From: Podarcis vaucheri | Lineage: Eukaryota | Assembly (NCBI GenBank): GCA_965113315.1 | Contig: OZ220363.1 | DNA length: 64,000 nt | Direction: 5' to 3' (one strand) | In this document: positions 1 through 12,531 of the stretch, in pieces | Layout of the letters: every line of letters begins with the position of its first letter | How positions within the stretch are numbered: position 1 is the first letter of the stretch | Made by a program: the position numbers and the translations under genes | The notes under the pieces: model-generated | Seen by the model: the letters and a program-made list of their open reading frames with translations, nothing else | What the model was told of the DNA's origin: nothing | Databases searched by the model: none

Positions 1-431
1 GAACCACTCTTTTGCGGCTCTGCGGTAGAGTTTCGTGTTGGGAGCCTAGCTTTTCTCTAAAAAGCCTTGGCAAATGAAGTTCGCTCTGGCTGTGTAGCAC
101 CGCACCCCTGGAGTGTCATTTGCACCTGGCCAGGAAGATATAAGATGCATGGACATGGATGTAGAGGTCACATAAACATCTCTATCGGGGGCATGGCTGT
201 GGGGTTTGTGCCACGCCCCCTTTGGCCTCATTGGGCATTTTGGAGGCCCGATGTTCTGAGTTGTGGGGCCCTTAGCCTGGACACCTCATGTGCCTTGAGT
301 TGTAAGGCCCTGGCATGAGACAGGGTCAGGAAGGCATCCCTGTTCACTCAAAGGTAAGGCCTAGGCAATGGAGCTATGCCTGGTCATTACCCTTGCTGAG
401 GACAGGACTTGGTGCATCCAAGGCAGTCATA

Positions 432-772
432 ACAATAATAATTTATTATTTATACCCCACCCATCTGGCTGGGTTTCCCCAGCCACTCTGGGTGGCTCCC
501 AATCGAATATTAAAAACACAATACAGCATTAAATATTAAATAAACAGGTCTGCCTTCCGGTGTCTTTTAAAAGTAGGATAGTTGCTTATTTCCTTGACAT
601 CTGATGGGAGGGTGTTCCACAGGGCAGGCGCCACTACCGAGAAGGCCCTCTGCCTGGTTCCCTGTAACCTCGCAGTGAGGGAACTGCCAGAAGGCCCGCG
701 GCGCTGGATCTCAGTGTCTGGGCTGAACGATGGGGGTGGAGATGCTTCTTCAGGTATACAGGACCGAGGCCG
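432..772 (-). mobile_element. L2-clade LINE, 5'-truncated 3' end
   Basis: Begins with an (ATA)n/TTTATT tail on +; closely matches the second copy at 53582-53845, which continues into an L2-like ORF2. Confidence 0.8.
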
Positions 773-1925
773 TCAATGGAAATTAGCTGATTGCACTGTT
801 TCATTTGCAGCGCAGAAGTTAAGTTAATAAATATGTGGCCTTAGTTTGACCCATTTTATGTATCTTGTCTCTCTATTCCAGTTGCAAACAAGTACTAGCC
901 CTGCCTATCCTAATCTGTGTCAAAAGATTTAACAAGTCCATTCTGTTTCTAAGCAACCTTTCCTTAAAACGTTTCTTCTGTTCCCACCATCCCTTCCTCC
1001 TGCCCTTTGAACACTGAAAAAGAACTAAATCTCAGATAATTCACTTGGTGTGTGAGCTGATCCTTGTATTGTAAATTCTAAATGGATTAAGAAATTAAAA
1101 TTTATAATACTGTACAAAAGAAAATATGACATGATTTACTATTATATTCACAGTAACCACATCGTGCTCTAAAACACTTTGGATTAGAATATGAACATTC
1201 CTATGGAGCAGGGGTGGGCAGTCTTTTCGCGCTAGATATTTATCTCTCTCTCACATATCCCACCATGGACTGAAGCTGATAGCTGCTATCATAGTGATGT
1301 TGAGAGATTCTTCCTTTTGAAGACACACACACACTCCACCGTTGATTGGACTTCAAAGCATACTGTGGGGCTTTCAAATAGCCCTTTTGTAAACATCTAC
1401 CAATGGGGATGTTTACAAAGGGCTTTCTCTCTCTCTTTCTCTCTCTCCCTCTCTCACACCCTTGAGTTTCTCCTTTAAGTCTCTGCAGAGTTTTGAAGGA
1501 GAAATGTGGGAGGGATGTGTTGAAAGTATCGAGCAAGGCATGCTCCTACTGCCTGTTGGTTGATCCCAAATGCCCCCCTCCATGTTTTTCCTTCAAAGCA
1601 CAGAGATTTAAAGGAGTAGTGTGAGTGGTGTGTGTGTGTTGAAGGTGTTCTCATAGTACCCATCACCTGGGAATGCATCTTGCTTGATCAAAGGAACAAC
1701 CAAGAGCTTTAATCTCACCTTAGCATCTGTCTGAGCAGCCCCATACTGATCTTGATTCAAGCTCTGTTTCAAAAACCACAGTCATTTAAATAATGTGTGA
1801 GAGTTTGTAGATGCTAGAATTGTTATTGTCGTCATCAGCACCATTATTAAAATTTCCTACCCGCTCTTCACCATAAGGTCTAAACATCGGTTACATCAAG
1901 AACACCATACAATTTTTAAAAACTA

Positions 1926-3025
1926 CCGTATTTTTCGCTCTATAACACGCACCTGACCATAACACGCACATCGTTTTTAGAGGAGGAAAACAAGGGAAAA
2001 AATATTCTGAATGAAACAGTGGACGTATCATTTTTGTGCTTCATGCTGTGGCCACAGACATGTGATCTGATGGTGAATTTGGGGTGACCCAATGCAAAAA
2101 TCCTGAGAATCCCTGTGGATCCATGCTTTGTAACCACGTTTTTGCACCATTGCAGCCCCAGGCAACAGTGGGTGCGTGATTTTTTTTGGGGGGGGGCAGG
2201 CTGTAGCCATGGACATGCTATGTGCTCTGATGGTGAATTTTGGCTGACCCAATGCAAAGATCCTGAGGATCCATGTGGACCCATACTTTTTAACCACGTT
2301 TTTGCACCATTGCAGCCCCAGGCAACAGTGGGTGCGTGATTTTTTTTGGGGGGGACAGGCTGTAGTCATGGACATGCTATGTGCTCTGATGGTGAATTTT
2401 GGCTGACCCAATGCAAAGATCCTGAGGATCCATGTGGATCCATGCTTTGTAACCACATTTTAAGTGGGGAGGGAAGGAAAAACACAGAAGGCTAAGAATG
2501 CAGGAGAGGGCTATAACGTGAGGAAAGGAAGGCAAAAGTTTCCCCCCACCCACCCACACAAGCCAGCCAGCGTGTGCTCTCTCTCTCTCTTTAAATGGAA
2601 GAAAGCATATTTGAATGCTGTGTGTCTCCAAAAACAAAAATCAGGAAGTCAAATCAGAATTTTAAGCCGAACCTGTAATCTCTCTTCCCTTCACAAACAT
2701 TGTTCCTCCGGAGCAGGGAGAGGATAGAAGGACGGACGCTCTGCTTCCCCCTCTACTTGCCTGGAGGGGAGGGGCTTCCCCTGCTCTTTGTTCCGTTTCA
2801 GCAAACACAGCAAGGAAACAGAGAGGGCGGGCAGTAAGACCCTGAGGCAGAATGCAGGAAACCTGCCACTTCCTCTCTTCAGGCTTCCCTTCTCCCTGAA
2901 GCACGGTTTGATTTTTGCCTTATTTTTCGGCTCCAGGGACCACACATTCGCTGCATAACACGCACAGACATTTCCCCTTCCTTTTTAGGAGAAAAAATCT
3001 GCGTGTTATAGAGCGAAAAATACGG
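1926..3025. mobile_element. Non-autonomous Tc1/mariner-superfamily (Tc2-like) DNA transposon, ~1.1 kb
   Basis: TIRs CCGTATTTTTCGCTCTATAACACGC / GCGTGTTATAGAGCGAAAAATACGG with TA on both flanks; no transposase ORF. Confidence 0.85.
2055..2461. repeat. Tandem repeat, ~160-bp unit x ~2.5, inside the DNA transposon
   Basis: tctgatggtgaattt recurs at 2066, 2226 and 2385, with long near-identical flanks. Confidence 0.9.
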
Positions 3026-4691
3026 TAACAACCATACAAAACAAGTTAATTAGGTATACTTCTCTTTAAGGAAGAATTTGCATTAAAAAAAACCAGAAAC
3101 TCAAACCTGATTGAGTTTAATGAAATCAGAAAAATTAAGCCAAGCTGTTTAATTCTTTTTTTCTGGCTTGGGTTTGAAGACAGGGTTTGGAATTTACAGA
3201 TAAGCCCAGGAACTGGCTGTGTGTACTATAGTGGGGAAGTGAGCAAGGGAAAGAGATCTGAGCTCCAAGGAAAGCTAAGTGGAAACATGTTCAAGGAAGG
3301 GGTCTGAAGACTGCTGAAATCTTGGGATCAAAAACTGATTGGAGTTGTAGTCCAAAAAGGAGGACAATTTTTTAAGACCAAAGGGAAGACCAAATCATCA
3401 TCTCCTCCTTGACTGGATGTGTGATCTTCAACAGCAATAGAGAGGGATTTTTGAGTGGTGGACCGTCAACTACAAAACACCCCCTCCCCCCGCAAAGAAG
3501 CTTGCCTGGCAGGGCACCAGTGTTGCCATGCGGGAGGGACCATTTTGGAAGCAAATAATTTTAATGGGTTTCTTTCTAGGTGGGGCACTTTCTGGATTTT
3601 TATTTATTGTCCTATTGCCCTGTTAAGATCACTGATCATACACCATCATGAAAACCCCAAAAGAATGAAGTGTGGTATTGAAATCTTGAAATAAATTTTA
3701 ATTAAATAAAACTTCTTACAATATATTTACTCTTCGTTAGAAGATGTAATAGCTAGTGTGTTTTGTGTTCTTAAACTGATAATTCAAATATATGTGAAGA
3801 TGCTTGGATTTTACAGGGCTCAAGGCAGGAAGATTCTTCCTAGTCTCCTGTAACCTTTGAATGAGCATCTGTGCATGGCTTTTAACCAACAGACAGGGAA
3901 TAGTGCGTTGCTGTTGCATGTGATGGAACTGAGGGATGCAAAACACAAACTTGTGCTTTCTGTTCCCAGTGGAGACAAAGGGTACATTTACTTCTCAACT
4001 AGAAACCAGACTTTGAGGTTGCTGATTTACACAGTTGAGAAGTCTCATTCATGCAATAGGTTTCAAGGGTTATTCTATACTGAGCACTTCACAATCCATC
4101 TTTGAATGAGTTCTAGAGAAAAGGAAAGCAGGTCAAGGGTTTTTTTTATGAAATAAATTTCTTCGAAACAAAGCACCTAGTTTTCCACATTGCTTCAAGT
4201 CCTAGGATACGGGGGGAAACCAAGAGACTTTGTGGCTCACTCTAGAGAAGAATTTTTAAATGCCACCATGTATGTAATGAGCAGCGTGGCTCCACCATTA
4301 AGCTTTTGTGAACTGGGGATGATGAGAGGGATTCTTTTTTCTTCAAACCACTTGCACAGGCGGAGTTAAAATTGGGAGAGGATCAGTAATTATTTTGTGT
4401 GGCTCAGATGTGTGGGGCCCAAAACTTAGCATAACCAGTCTTCTTGGTGAAATAAGAGCTTAGATTTTAACTAGTTCCAATGGTGGGAGTACTGATGGGG
4501 TACTGCAGCATTTTTTGCTGATCTGACCACGGCTACAGCCCCTTTGCCCCTTGAAGTTCTGCTCCGTAGGATCAGGGGAGTCTTGGAGCAGCAGGAGATA
4601 TTGTATTGTGTAGTGGTGGTGGGTAATGAGATAGATAGTCCTCTGCATTACGTGAAGACTCAGTTTTGGTTGGCTTATGTTTCCTTACTAG

Positions 4692-4841
4692 GATAAGAAA
4701 GCTTATTTGGATGTCATTCATACCTATACAGAAGTTCATGGAACTGTCCACGGGACAAGTACTGTCTACATGCCCAGCTATGTTAAAAACCATGGCATCC
4801 TCAGTGGCCGGGATTTGCAGTTCCTGCTGAGAGGGACAAAG
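4692..4841 (+). CDS. MGAT5: MGAT5 coding exon (DKKAYLDVIHTYTEVHGTVHGTSTVYMPSYVKNHGILSGRDLQFLLRGTK)
   Basis: Acceptor ccttactag|GAT, donor AAG|gtaagt; 150 nt, phase 0-0; conserved VKNHGILSGRDLQFLL motif. Confidence 0.96.
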
Positions 4842-7299
4842 GTAAGTTGGCTGGTATGCAAAAAAGAAGAAGAAGCAAAACCCCAAAAGATTAAAATACA
4901 TGTGCATTCAAATGCATTTACTCCCCCCCCCCATGAAGCGCTTGACACATTATGCTCATTGTACCATAACAGCTCTAAACATTTGCCAATGTCCAGTGTT
5001 CCAAAGATTCCACTGGTTTCAATTTCTTATTGGGATGGTGCTTCATATGTGTGTTAAGTTTGTTTAGAAAAATGAAAAGCTTTCACTGTTAAATGTCCGC
5101 CCCTCCACCCTCTAGAAGTTTTGCATGCATGAGAACCAAGTTTGATGATTTCAGAAACACTCCTCCCACATAAACTCACTTCATAATTTGGCTCAGTAAA
5201 CTTGAGGCAAAATCCCTCTCACACAAATAGCTGTTTATTCTATTATGTTGTGTTTCTGGTATGCTATTTTTTATTTACCTATCAGCCTGAAAGGGTTCCC
5301 AAGGCAGCTCACAAAGAACAAATAAATGTGAATACGAAATAATTCAAATGCAGACAGTACAAGTGACAAAAATTCAACAAAAATCTTAATATTTCAAAAG
5401 TATTAAACACCAAATACATCCGTGTTCCTGCCAAAAAAAGCAAAGAACATTTCCACAAAAATACTGAGAACATTCTTTCAAAAAGGCCAAAAGGATTTGC
5501 TTGCATGGGATCTTTTTGAAAGAAGATTTTCATTTAAAGTGAAGCAAAACATCACTCAGTAAAATAATTTCCTTTCTTATTGAAATGGTGGTATGTGCTG
5601 CTTATAATTTTGATCCAATTGGTGAAGCTTGTAGTGCCGTTACTTCCAAGTTACACTTCACAGATGGTAGCAGCTATTTAATATGAGTGGAGGACAGTTG
5701 GTGCTGTATTTATTATTAAGTGGTAACAGAAGCCCCTGTGCTGTCAAGACATGTGAGCTACACACTCTCCCCTAAGGAGCTTTTGTTAAATAAGTTGACA
5801 GCATATAGAACAGAAAAGATGTTCCAACAGCGTCAAGGTAAAAAGTGAAGAATGCTTATCTACCCATCCAGTATCATTTTCTGTAACTAATTAAAACTCA
5901 GCCACTGCTGAATTGTTGGTGACATTTTAAAGTACTTTAATTAATGGTTCGGCCATGTTTCTGCTGCTGCTAATTAAAAGATATAATTTAATTGCTTATC
6001 AGACTTGTCTACCTTTTTTGTTTGCTGCATGGGAATGCAGAAATAGATCAGGTTGTTCTCTGTAAATGTTGAGCACATTAAATCTGCTTTTTAAAAAAAG
6101 AGTGGGAACTCATAATGCAGGAGGTTTACTTTTCCTGTATTTCACTGTCAGCCTCTCCACAAAAGGCACTCTGTAATAGGGGTTATAACATTCTGAAGCC
6201 AGATGGCACTTTGCCCTATTTTTCTTTTGAAGAGGTATATTGAAGAGGTATATTCATAATCTATACTAAAAATTTGTTGCTTTAATATCCAGTATTGTTC
6301 ATCTCAAAAGAGCCTGAATCCTGCCCACTTAAGACTTACAAGTTAATAATTCTCAGCAGCAGCCTTTGCCAGGAGCTTTTGGGGATTAAAACTTGCCCCT
6401 CTCCAATGGCAAGGATCGTTGCAGGATGTCCAGATCAAGATTTGTGCATGGAAGCTCATGTTCCGACAAAGGTGCCTTCAAATGATTACCTTTCCCCCCT
6501 GTCATATGGGGTTCCTGAGTCATCTGGAGACTTTAAGATGTGACAATTTGCTGAAAGTGCAATGGCTGGAAAGAGCCATTCATGTGGCCATGCTAGGTGA
6601 GGACTTCCTTTTTTCAGAAGAAAGGAGGAAGGAGTAAGATAGATTGGTCTTAACCAGCAGGAAAGAGAAAGTCAGGACATTTAAGTAGCAGAAACTTTGG
6701 GAGAAAGTGGCCAAATAATTCTTAAATTCATCAAAAGTGAATGAGTTGAATTTCAGGGGAGAAACCCTGATTTTAATAAGCTCAGAGAAATACTAGATAG
6801 GGAAATTCCTCAGGTGGTCAAGAGTTCCTGAAGAAGGGAGGCACAGCTAAAAGAGAGAGATTGAGAGAGTAGTATACAAAAGGCAATGTGAAAGTATAGT
6901 GAGGAGCTAAAAGTAAAAAGGTCATTTATAAAGGGAAGACCAGGTAACCAAGGACAAGTGCAGACAAGGAATCCAGACTTGTAGGGACAGTGTCAGGAAA
7001 GCTAAAACTCAGAATGAGCTGAAGCTGGCTAGAGATGCAGAGAGCAACAGAAAGGGTTTTTCAGGTACGTACAATGGACTTCTCCGTAAGAATGGTGAAA
7101 TGCTAAAGGGTGACACAGAGAAGGCAGCACTGCATAACTTTGGTCTTGCCTTCATCTCTCCAAAAAGGAAGTGTGCAACCTTGCATAATTAATGAAGGTC
7201 AGAATTGCAGTTCAGATAGATAAGGAATTAGTCAATAGAAACAAAGATGCCGAGTTCAAGTATTGAGGGCCAGACAAATTGCACCCTAAAGTGCTAAAG

Positions 7300-7556
7300 C
7301 AGGGATCAGCAAACTCTTTCAGCAGGGAACTGGTCCACTGTCCCTCAGACCTTGTGCGGCGCCGGACTATATTTTGAAAAGGGGGGGTGGGGAATGAACG
7401 AATTCCTATGCCCCACAAATAACCCAGAGATGCATTTTAAATAAAAGGACACATTCTACTCATGTAAAAACATGCTGATTCCCGGACATCTGCCGGCAGG
7501 ATTGAGAAGCCGATTGGGCCGGATCTGGCCCCCAGGTCTTAGTTTGCCTACCCATG
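7300..7556. mobile_element. hAT (Buster/Charlie-like) MITE inserted in CR1
   Basis: Ends CAGGGATCAGCAAACT...AGTTTGCCTACCCATG; 8-bp TSD tgctaaag/tactaaag with central TA. Confidence 0.8.
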
Positions 7557-8608
7557 TACTAAAGGAACTCACTGGTGTACTCTGATAACATTTGTCTATA
7601 ATATTTGAGAAATCCTGGAGAACAAGTGAGAAGAGGCAGGACTGCCCAATTTTCAAAAGCTTAGGGAAAGGTGAATCAAGGAAACTACATAACAGTCAGT
7701 CCAGTTTCATTACCAGGGAACATACTTAAATATATAATAAAGGAGTCAGATTGAAAGCATCTTGATGATAATGCAGTATTAGTAGAAACATGTATAAATT
7801 TGTAATTAATAATCCTGCCAGAATAAATTTATCATCTTTGTTGAGTTACAGGTTTGGTGGGTTGTGGGATGCTCATGGTATGTCTATATTTCAGCAGAGA
7901 CTTTGACAAAGTCCCCCCCCCCCATTGTACCTTGGTCAGCAAACTGTTTAAATGCAGGCTAAATGACATTGCTGTCAGGTGGATTCAAAGCTGGTGTGAA
8001 ATTGTACTCATTAGTGGTTCCTCATCAGACTGGAACGAGGTTTTAAGTGAGGTGCTGCAGGGCTGTGGCTTCAACTTTTTATAAATATAAAAGGGTGGAA
8101 TGAGTCATCACATTTGCAAATAACACAAAACTAGGAGAGGGAACCTCTCAGAAGATTAAAATAAAATTCAAGTTGACCTTGACAGGATGGGAAACTGGGC
8201 TGAAGCTGACCAAACGAAGTTCGGTAAAGACTAAGGCAAAATTCTTCAGTGTGAGAGAAATCAAATGCACAGGTATAGGACAGATGATCTGGACTTGGCA
8301 GTAGTTCTTGCAAACAGGACCTCAGGATTGTAGCCAGCCACATGCTGAAATGAGTCAGCAACATGAAGCAGCGGCAAAGAAGAAAAATTTGGCTTTAGAC
8401 TGCATCAATAGAGTCATAGTTTCCAGGACATGGAAAGTAAAGTAATTAAGTTCCATTTTATTCACTAATCAGACCCCAATGGAGTACAGTGTCCCATTTA
8501 TGAGTGCTACACTTTAATAAAGATACAAACAGAGTGGAGTGGGTTAGACGAGAACAATGATTATGGTGAGCAGTATAAAAAAACAAGTTTTATGAGGTAA
8601 GGTCAAGT

Positions 8609-8745
8609 CAGGGATTGGAGTCTGCGCCTCTTCAGGTGTTTTTGGACTGCAGCTGCCATCATCTCTGATGACTGGCCATGCTGGCTAGGGCTGATGGTCA
8701 TGGGAGTTCAACAATACCTGGAGGGCTACAGGTTAGCCTTCTTTG
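8609..8745. mobile_element. Older palindromic hAT-like MITE in CR1
   Basis: Internal ggactgcagctgccatcatc...gatggtcatgggagttc symmetry; degenerate TSD ggtcaagt/ggttaaaa. Confidence 0.55.
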
Positions 8746-8772
8746 GGTTAAAAGAATGGAGAATGTTTAGTC

Positions 8773-8902
8773 CAGAGTTTCCCAAACATGGGTCTCTAGC
8801 TATTTTTGGACTACAATTCGCATCATCTCTGATCACTGCTAGCTAGGGATGATGGGAGTGGTTGTCCAAAAACAGCTGGAGACCCAGGTTTGGGGAACCC
8901 TG
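8773..8902. mobile_element. Palindromic hAT MITE (~130 bp) in CR1
   Basis: CAGAGTTTCCCAAAC...GTTTGGGGAACCCTG; TSD gtttagtc/gtttagcc; same family as 42473-42607. Confidence 0.8.
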
Positions 8903-10082
8903 GTTTAGCCAAAGGAGAGAAGACCAAGGGGGCAGGATAGCACTCATATAGATGTCTGAGGAGTAGCCATGTAGCTCTCGGTTTCCTGCATCAGGCTGGG
9001 GTTAGACAAAATGGTCTATAAGACCAGGTACTTCTACGCAACTTTCTTTCAGGTGACTTTTTGCAGGCCACTCACACTCCCTTCTTTCATCTCTTATGCT
9101 AAACAGCCTTTCCACACAGCTTTCCAAGTAGTTTGAGCTGGACTCGCTGTTGTAGACTAAGTACGCATTCCTGCAAACTTTGCTGCCACCTGCCGTTGGT
9201 CTTTGGAAGTCTAGTGCTGTTTGAAGAAAATGCTTATTCAAGAATGCCACCCTGCTCAGCTACTCTATGCAAGACATTTTAAGCCATTTGTGTAGTAATC
9301 ATTGTGTGCCACAAGTTCAAGCAAAGTATTTGCTAATTCCCCAAAGACATATTTCCTCCTTATGCCAGGATCTCATGCTGGTTCTGTTACTCTGTGATGG
9401 GCCTAGAATGTCTTGAGGTCTGTGAATTGTGGTTGCGGATGAAGTGGACTTTGGTCAAAGCTTAGGACTTGGGGATATGTGTTACTAAGAAAGTGGGTGA
9501 AAATACATTCTCCCAATAATGGAAAGACAGTGTGCCTTGCTCCACCTTTTTTTCACTGCACTTTTGGCTGTAAAGAAATCTAAAAATATGATGTTCCCTT
9601 CTTCCTTTCCCTCCCTTGCCCACTACAAAAATATTGGAAATAGAGTGCTTTATAAAACTTGTTTTTAATTTAGAGAAGGATTTATTTTAGGAAAAGGGTT
9701 TCATCATTTTCACTTTCTCCCGTTATAGAAAGGTTATCAGGTTTGCAGTATATTTTCATGGCTCTTTCAGGAGAGTGGCATGTTGCAAAAGCAAGCACCT
9801 TTTGCAGTCATCAGATATAGGGCAGGAAGCTACCTTACTTTGTGAGTTAGATGTCCAGGCTGACCCTCCTGTTATGTCACAGGCAGCCTCCTCAAACCAT
9901 CTGTACTTGTGTCAATAATAAATACAAAAGAATCGATCCATGCAACATTGCATAAAAGAATACAAGTAAGCTAACGTAATTTTACAGTTTAAAACTAATC
10001 AGGAAAGGGAATAATGTCTAACATTAAATGTAGCATAGAAAATGAAGTAAAAACTAATGTTATGAGTGTTTATATTTTACAG

Positions 10083-10229
10083 CTCTTTGTTGGTCTTGGT
10101 TTTCCATATGAGGGACCTGCCCCTCTAGAGGCCATTGCAAATGGATGTGCATTTCTGAATCCAAAATTTAATCCACCAAAAAGCAGCAAAAACACAGATT
10201 TCTTCAAAGGCAAGCCAACACTCCGAGAG
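10083..10229 (+). CDS. MGAT5: MGAT5 coding exon (LFVGLGFPYEGPAPLEAIANGCAFLNPKFNPPKSSKNTDFFKGKPTLRE), catalytic/donor-binding region
   Basis: Acceptor ttttacag|CTC, donor GAG|gtaagc; 147 nt; GFPYEGPAPLEAIANG signature of GT18. Confidence 0.97.
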
Positions 10230-12380
10230 GTAAGCAAGCAACATCTATATTCACAATTTTCTATTGTGTGTACTGCTGGTTGGACATGTCAACAGTAGCT
10301 TTTGTAGCACATCCTTTTTTAAATTTTCAAACATCACCAAAGTATGGGATTTCATTGCTATTAACATAGCAAACTCTTGGTCTGGGATTGTTTCCTTCTG
10401 AGCCTATATCCTGCAATTACTTTTAGACATTTGTATCTAGAATAGTATTAGTGCTCAATTTTTTCAATTGGTTCAGTTTACACAGAAAATCCCCATTGCT
10501 AAAAACAAAAATCAATGTATGAAAATCTTAAGAATGTAATTCTAAGCAGGCCACAGGTGTTGTTTTTTTGTGTGAGGTGGTTTGCACATTTATTTAGCTT
10601 TATGTACACAAAATGCAAGGAAGTTAAACTCTGTCCAATTTCCAGCAAGGGGGAAAAACAAAAAACAAACCACTTGAATTATTTTGCTAGACTTTAGGGG
10701 CAAGGTCCTTGCACCCCCCTCCCAACCTTCTCTGTGTTGGGTGATGGAGGTCTACAGTGAACTTTTACTTGCAGTCACACATTTCAAGGTTCCTGATCAG
10801 GACTCTACTCAAATTCAAACACAGAGATAGATAGGGGGTGAGGTGGATGCGGATATTATGCCAGGGCTTGTATGTACACCCTTCTCCCTTCCCATAGATA
10901 ATGGAGTTCACATGTTCACTCCTGAGCATACTTCTTGTTACTTGGAAATAACAGCTTGTTCCTCAATATTTATAATGTTTTACAGTCATCACCACCTGAA
11001 TCGTGTATGCTGACAGCACATAGCCTATTAAAAGAGTATAAATAAAATTCTATGATATTTGTATTTAAATCAATATAAAGAATATTTGTTTGCCTGTTTT
11101 AGTTCCTAGAAATGGCAGTCAGAGAGGGCCATTAACTTAATAAAAGGGATAAACATAGCATGGGGGGGGGGGAGGAATCAATTCTTTTCACAAACTGTTT
11201 GAGTGGCAATGGCCTCTTTCTTGTAAAAGAAACATTTGCTTTACAAGGTGCTTTCACTCTGTACAGGCAGTAAATATAAGCTGATAAGGATTTGTCCTCA
11301 AAATATGTCTCGACGACAAGAATTGGCTTTGTAAATATGGCATTCAGAAAGTAAAGCAAGGGAGATTAGGATTGAAGGCTCCTCATTTATCTACACGTGT
11401 TAGCTGCCTTTTAGCCTTCACTGGGCAGGAAGCAAGGTCTTGCTTGCCAGCCTTTAGCTAACATTAAGAGTCATCAAACAGTGGAGTATTTTGGGCATAA
11501 TGCCCAGCACTATAACTCTGTAGCATTAATTCTGAAGGTTTTTAGAAGAATGAGGCTATCTAGAAGTACAGGAGGTGACTCATGGACTACAGACTCATGG
11601 GCTACCAAGGGGCTGGGACATGTGCATGTCAGTGCTTTACATGACCTCATATGCATCTCTGCCAAATGCATAATATCAGGCAAGGAAGTGGCTGCAGGAG
11701 AAAGCCAATTCAGGTGGGAACAGTTCCTTAAGAAGTAAACAGCTGCCTATAATATTTTGAAGCAAGGTAAAAGGGGGTTATGGAAAGAGTGGGTGCAGAA
11801 TGTTTTGGAACACCATGAAGGTAAAATATGAAAAAAGAGATGGCTTATATAGCATGTGCTCTGAATTTGTTTTTTTAAGCTGTATTAAGTTTTTCAAAAC
11901 GTTAAACAAGCTACAAAAAGTGTGTCATTGCAGATGGCAACTCACAAATTAAGTAATCTTATCGAGTCTTCCAGCTTTGACACAAATGGAAATGACTGAG
12001 CATACAATTCTCATATAAATACTAATTAGTTTGGCAAGAGATACTAGAGAGGTCAGAATTTAGTATCAAAGTGTTAGGATACTTTATTGCAAGATACACT
12101 AAACTGTCTGCTTCCCTTTTTCAAGCTGCATTGCACTGTCCCTGACTCTTATATAATTACTTGCCCCACATTTCAATGATTAGGTTCTATAGAAATCTTG
12201 ATAGATAATTCCTTTTTGGTGAATATGATGAGGTGAGCAAAGCTTTGAAAACAAAGGAATAAAGAGCCCCCTAAATGGCTGGAGTGTTATGTTATCTACA
12301 CATTTTGCATCTTATTGAAATTTGCCTACTGAAATGAATATGATTCCCGGAAAGATGACATATGATTGTTTTTCTTTCAG

Positions 12381-12497
12381 TTGACATCTCAACACCCCTA
12401 TGCTGAAGTTTACATTGGGAAGCCTCATGTTTGGACTGTAAACATCAATGACCTCTCTGAAGTTGAGAAGGCAGTGAAAGCAATTTTGAATCAAAAG
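12381..12497 (+). CDS. MGAT5: MGAT5 coding exon (LTSQHPYAEVYIGKPHVWTVNINDLSEVEKAVKAILNQK)
   Basis: Acceptor ttctttcag|TTG, donor AAG|gttaac; 117 nt; SQHPYAE and PHVWTV motifs. Confidence 0.95.
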
Positions 12498-12513
12498 GTT
12501 AACAGTTTTGTGT

Positions 12514-12531
12514 GTTGTTGTTGTTGTTGTT
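12514..12531. repeat. (TTG)n microsatellite just after an MGAT5 donor site
   Basis: ttgttgttgttgttgtt run read directly. Confidence 0.85.

Larger units (their letters stand above)
6560..9035 (+). mobile_element. Degenerate CR1 LINE (ORF2 remnant plus 3' tail) interrupted by three MITEs
   Basis: CR1-typical segments (aaagctaaaactcagaatgagctgaagctggctagagatg; atatttgagaaatcctggagaaca; tttcagcagagactttgacaaagtcccc; gagagaagaccaaggggg); many stops and frameshifts; boundaries approximate. Confidence 0.75.

Noticed and set aside
1-312. GC-rich start of the window, possibly ends of hAT-like elements (cgcacccctg ~109, ggccctg ~312)
   Set aside because: The other ends and TSDs cannot be established within the window.
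1940-2456. Repetitive ORFs (RIFALGQPKFTIR...)
   Set aside because: Translations of the 160-bp tandem repeat inside a non-autonomous transposon.
2055-2461. CRISPR-like periodicity (also 28011-28125 and 29724-29785)
   Set aside because: Eukaryotic locus; the units are head-to-tail with no unique spacers and there are no cas genes.
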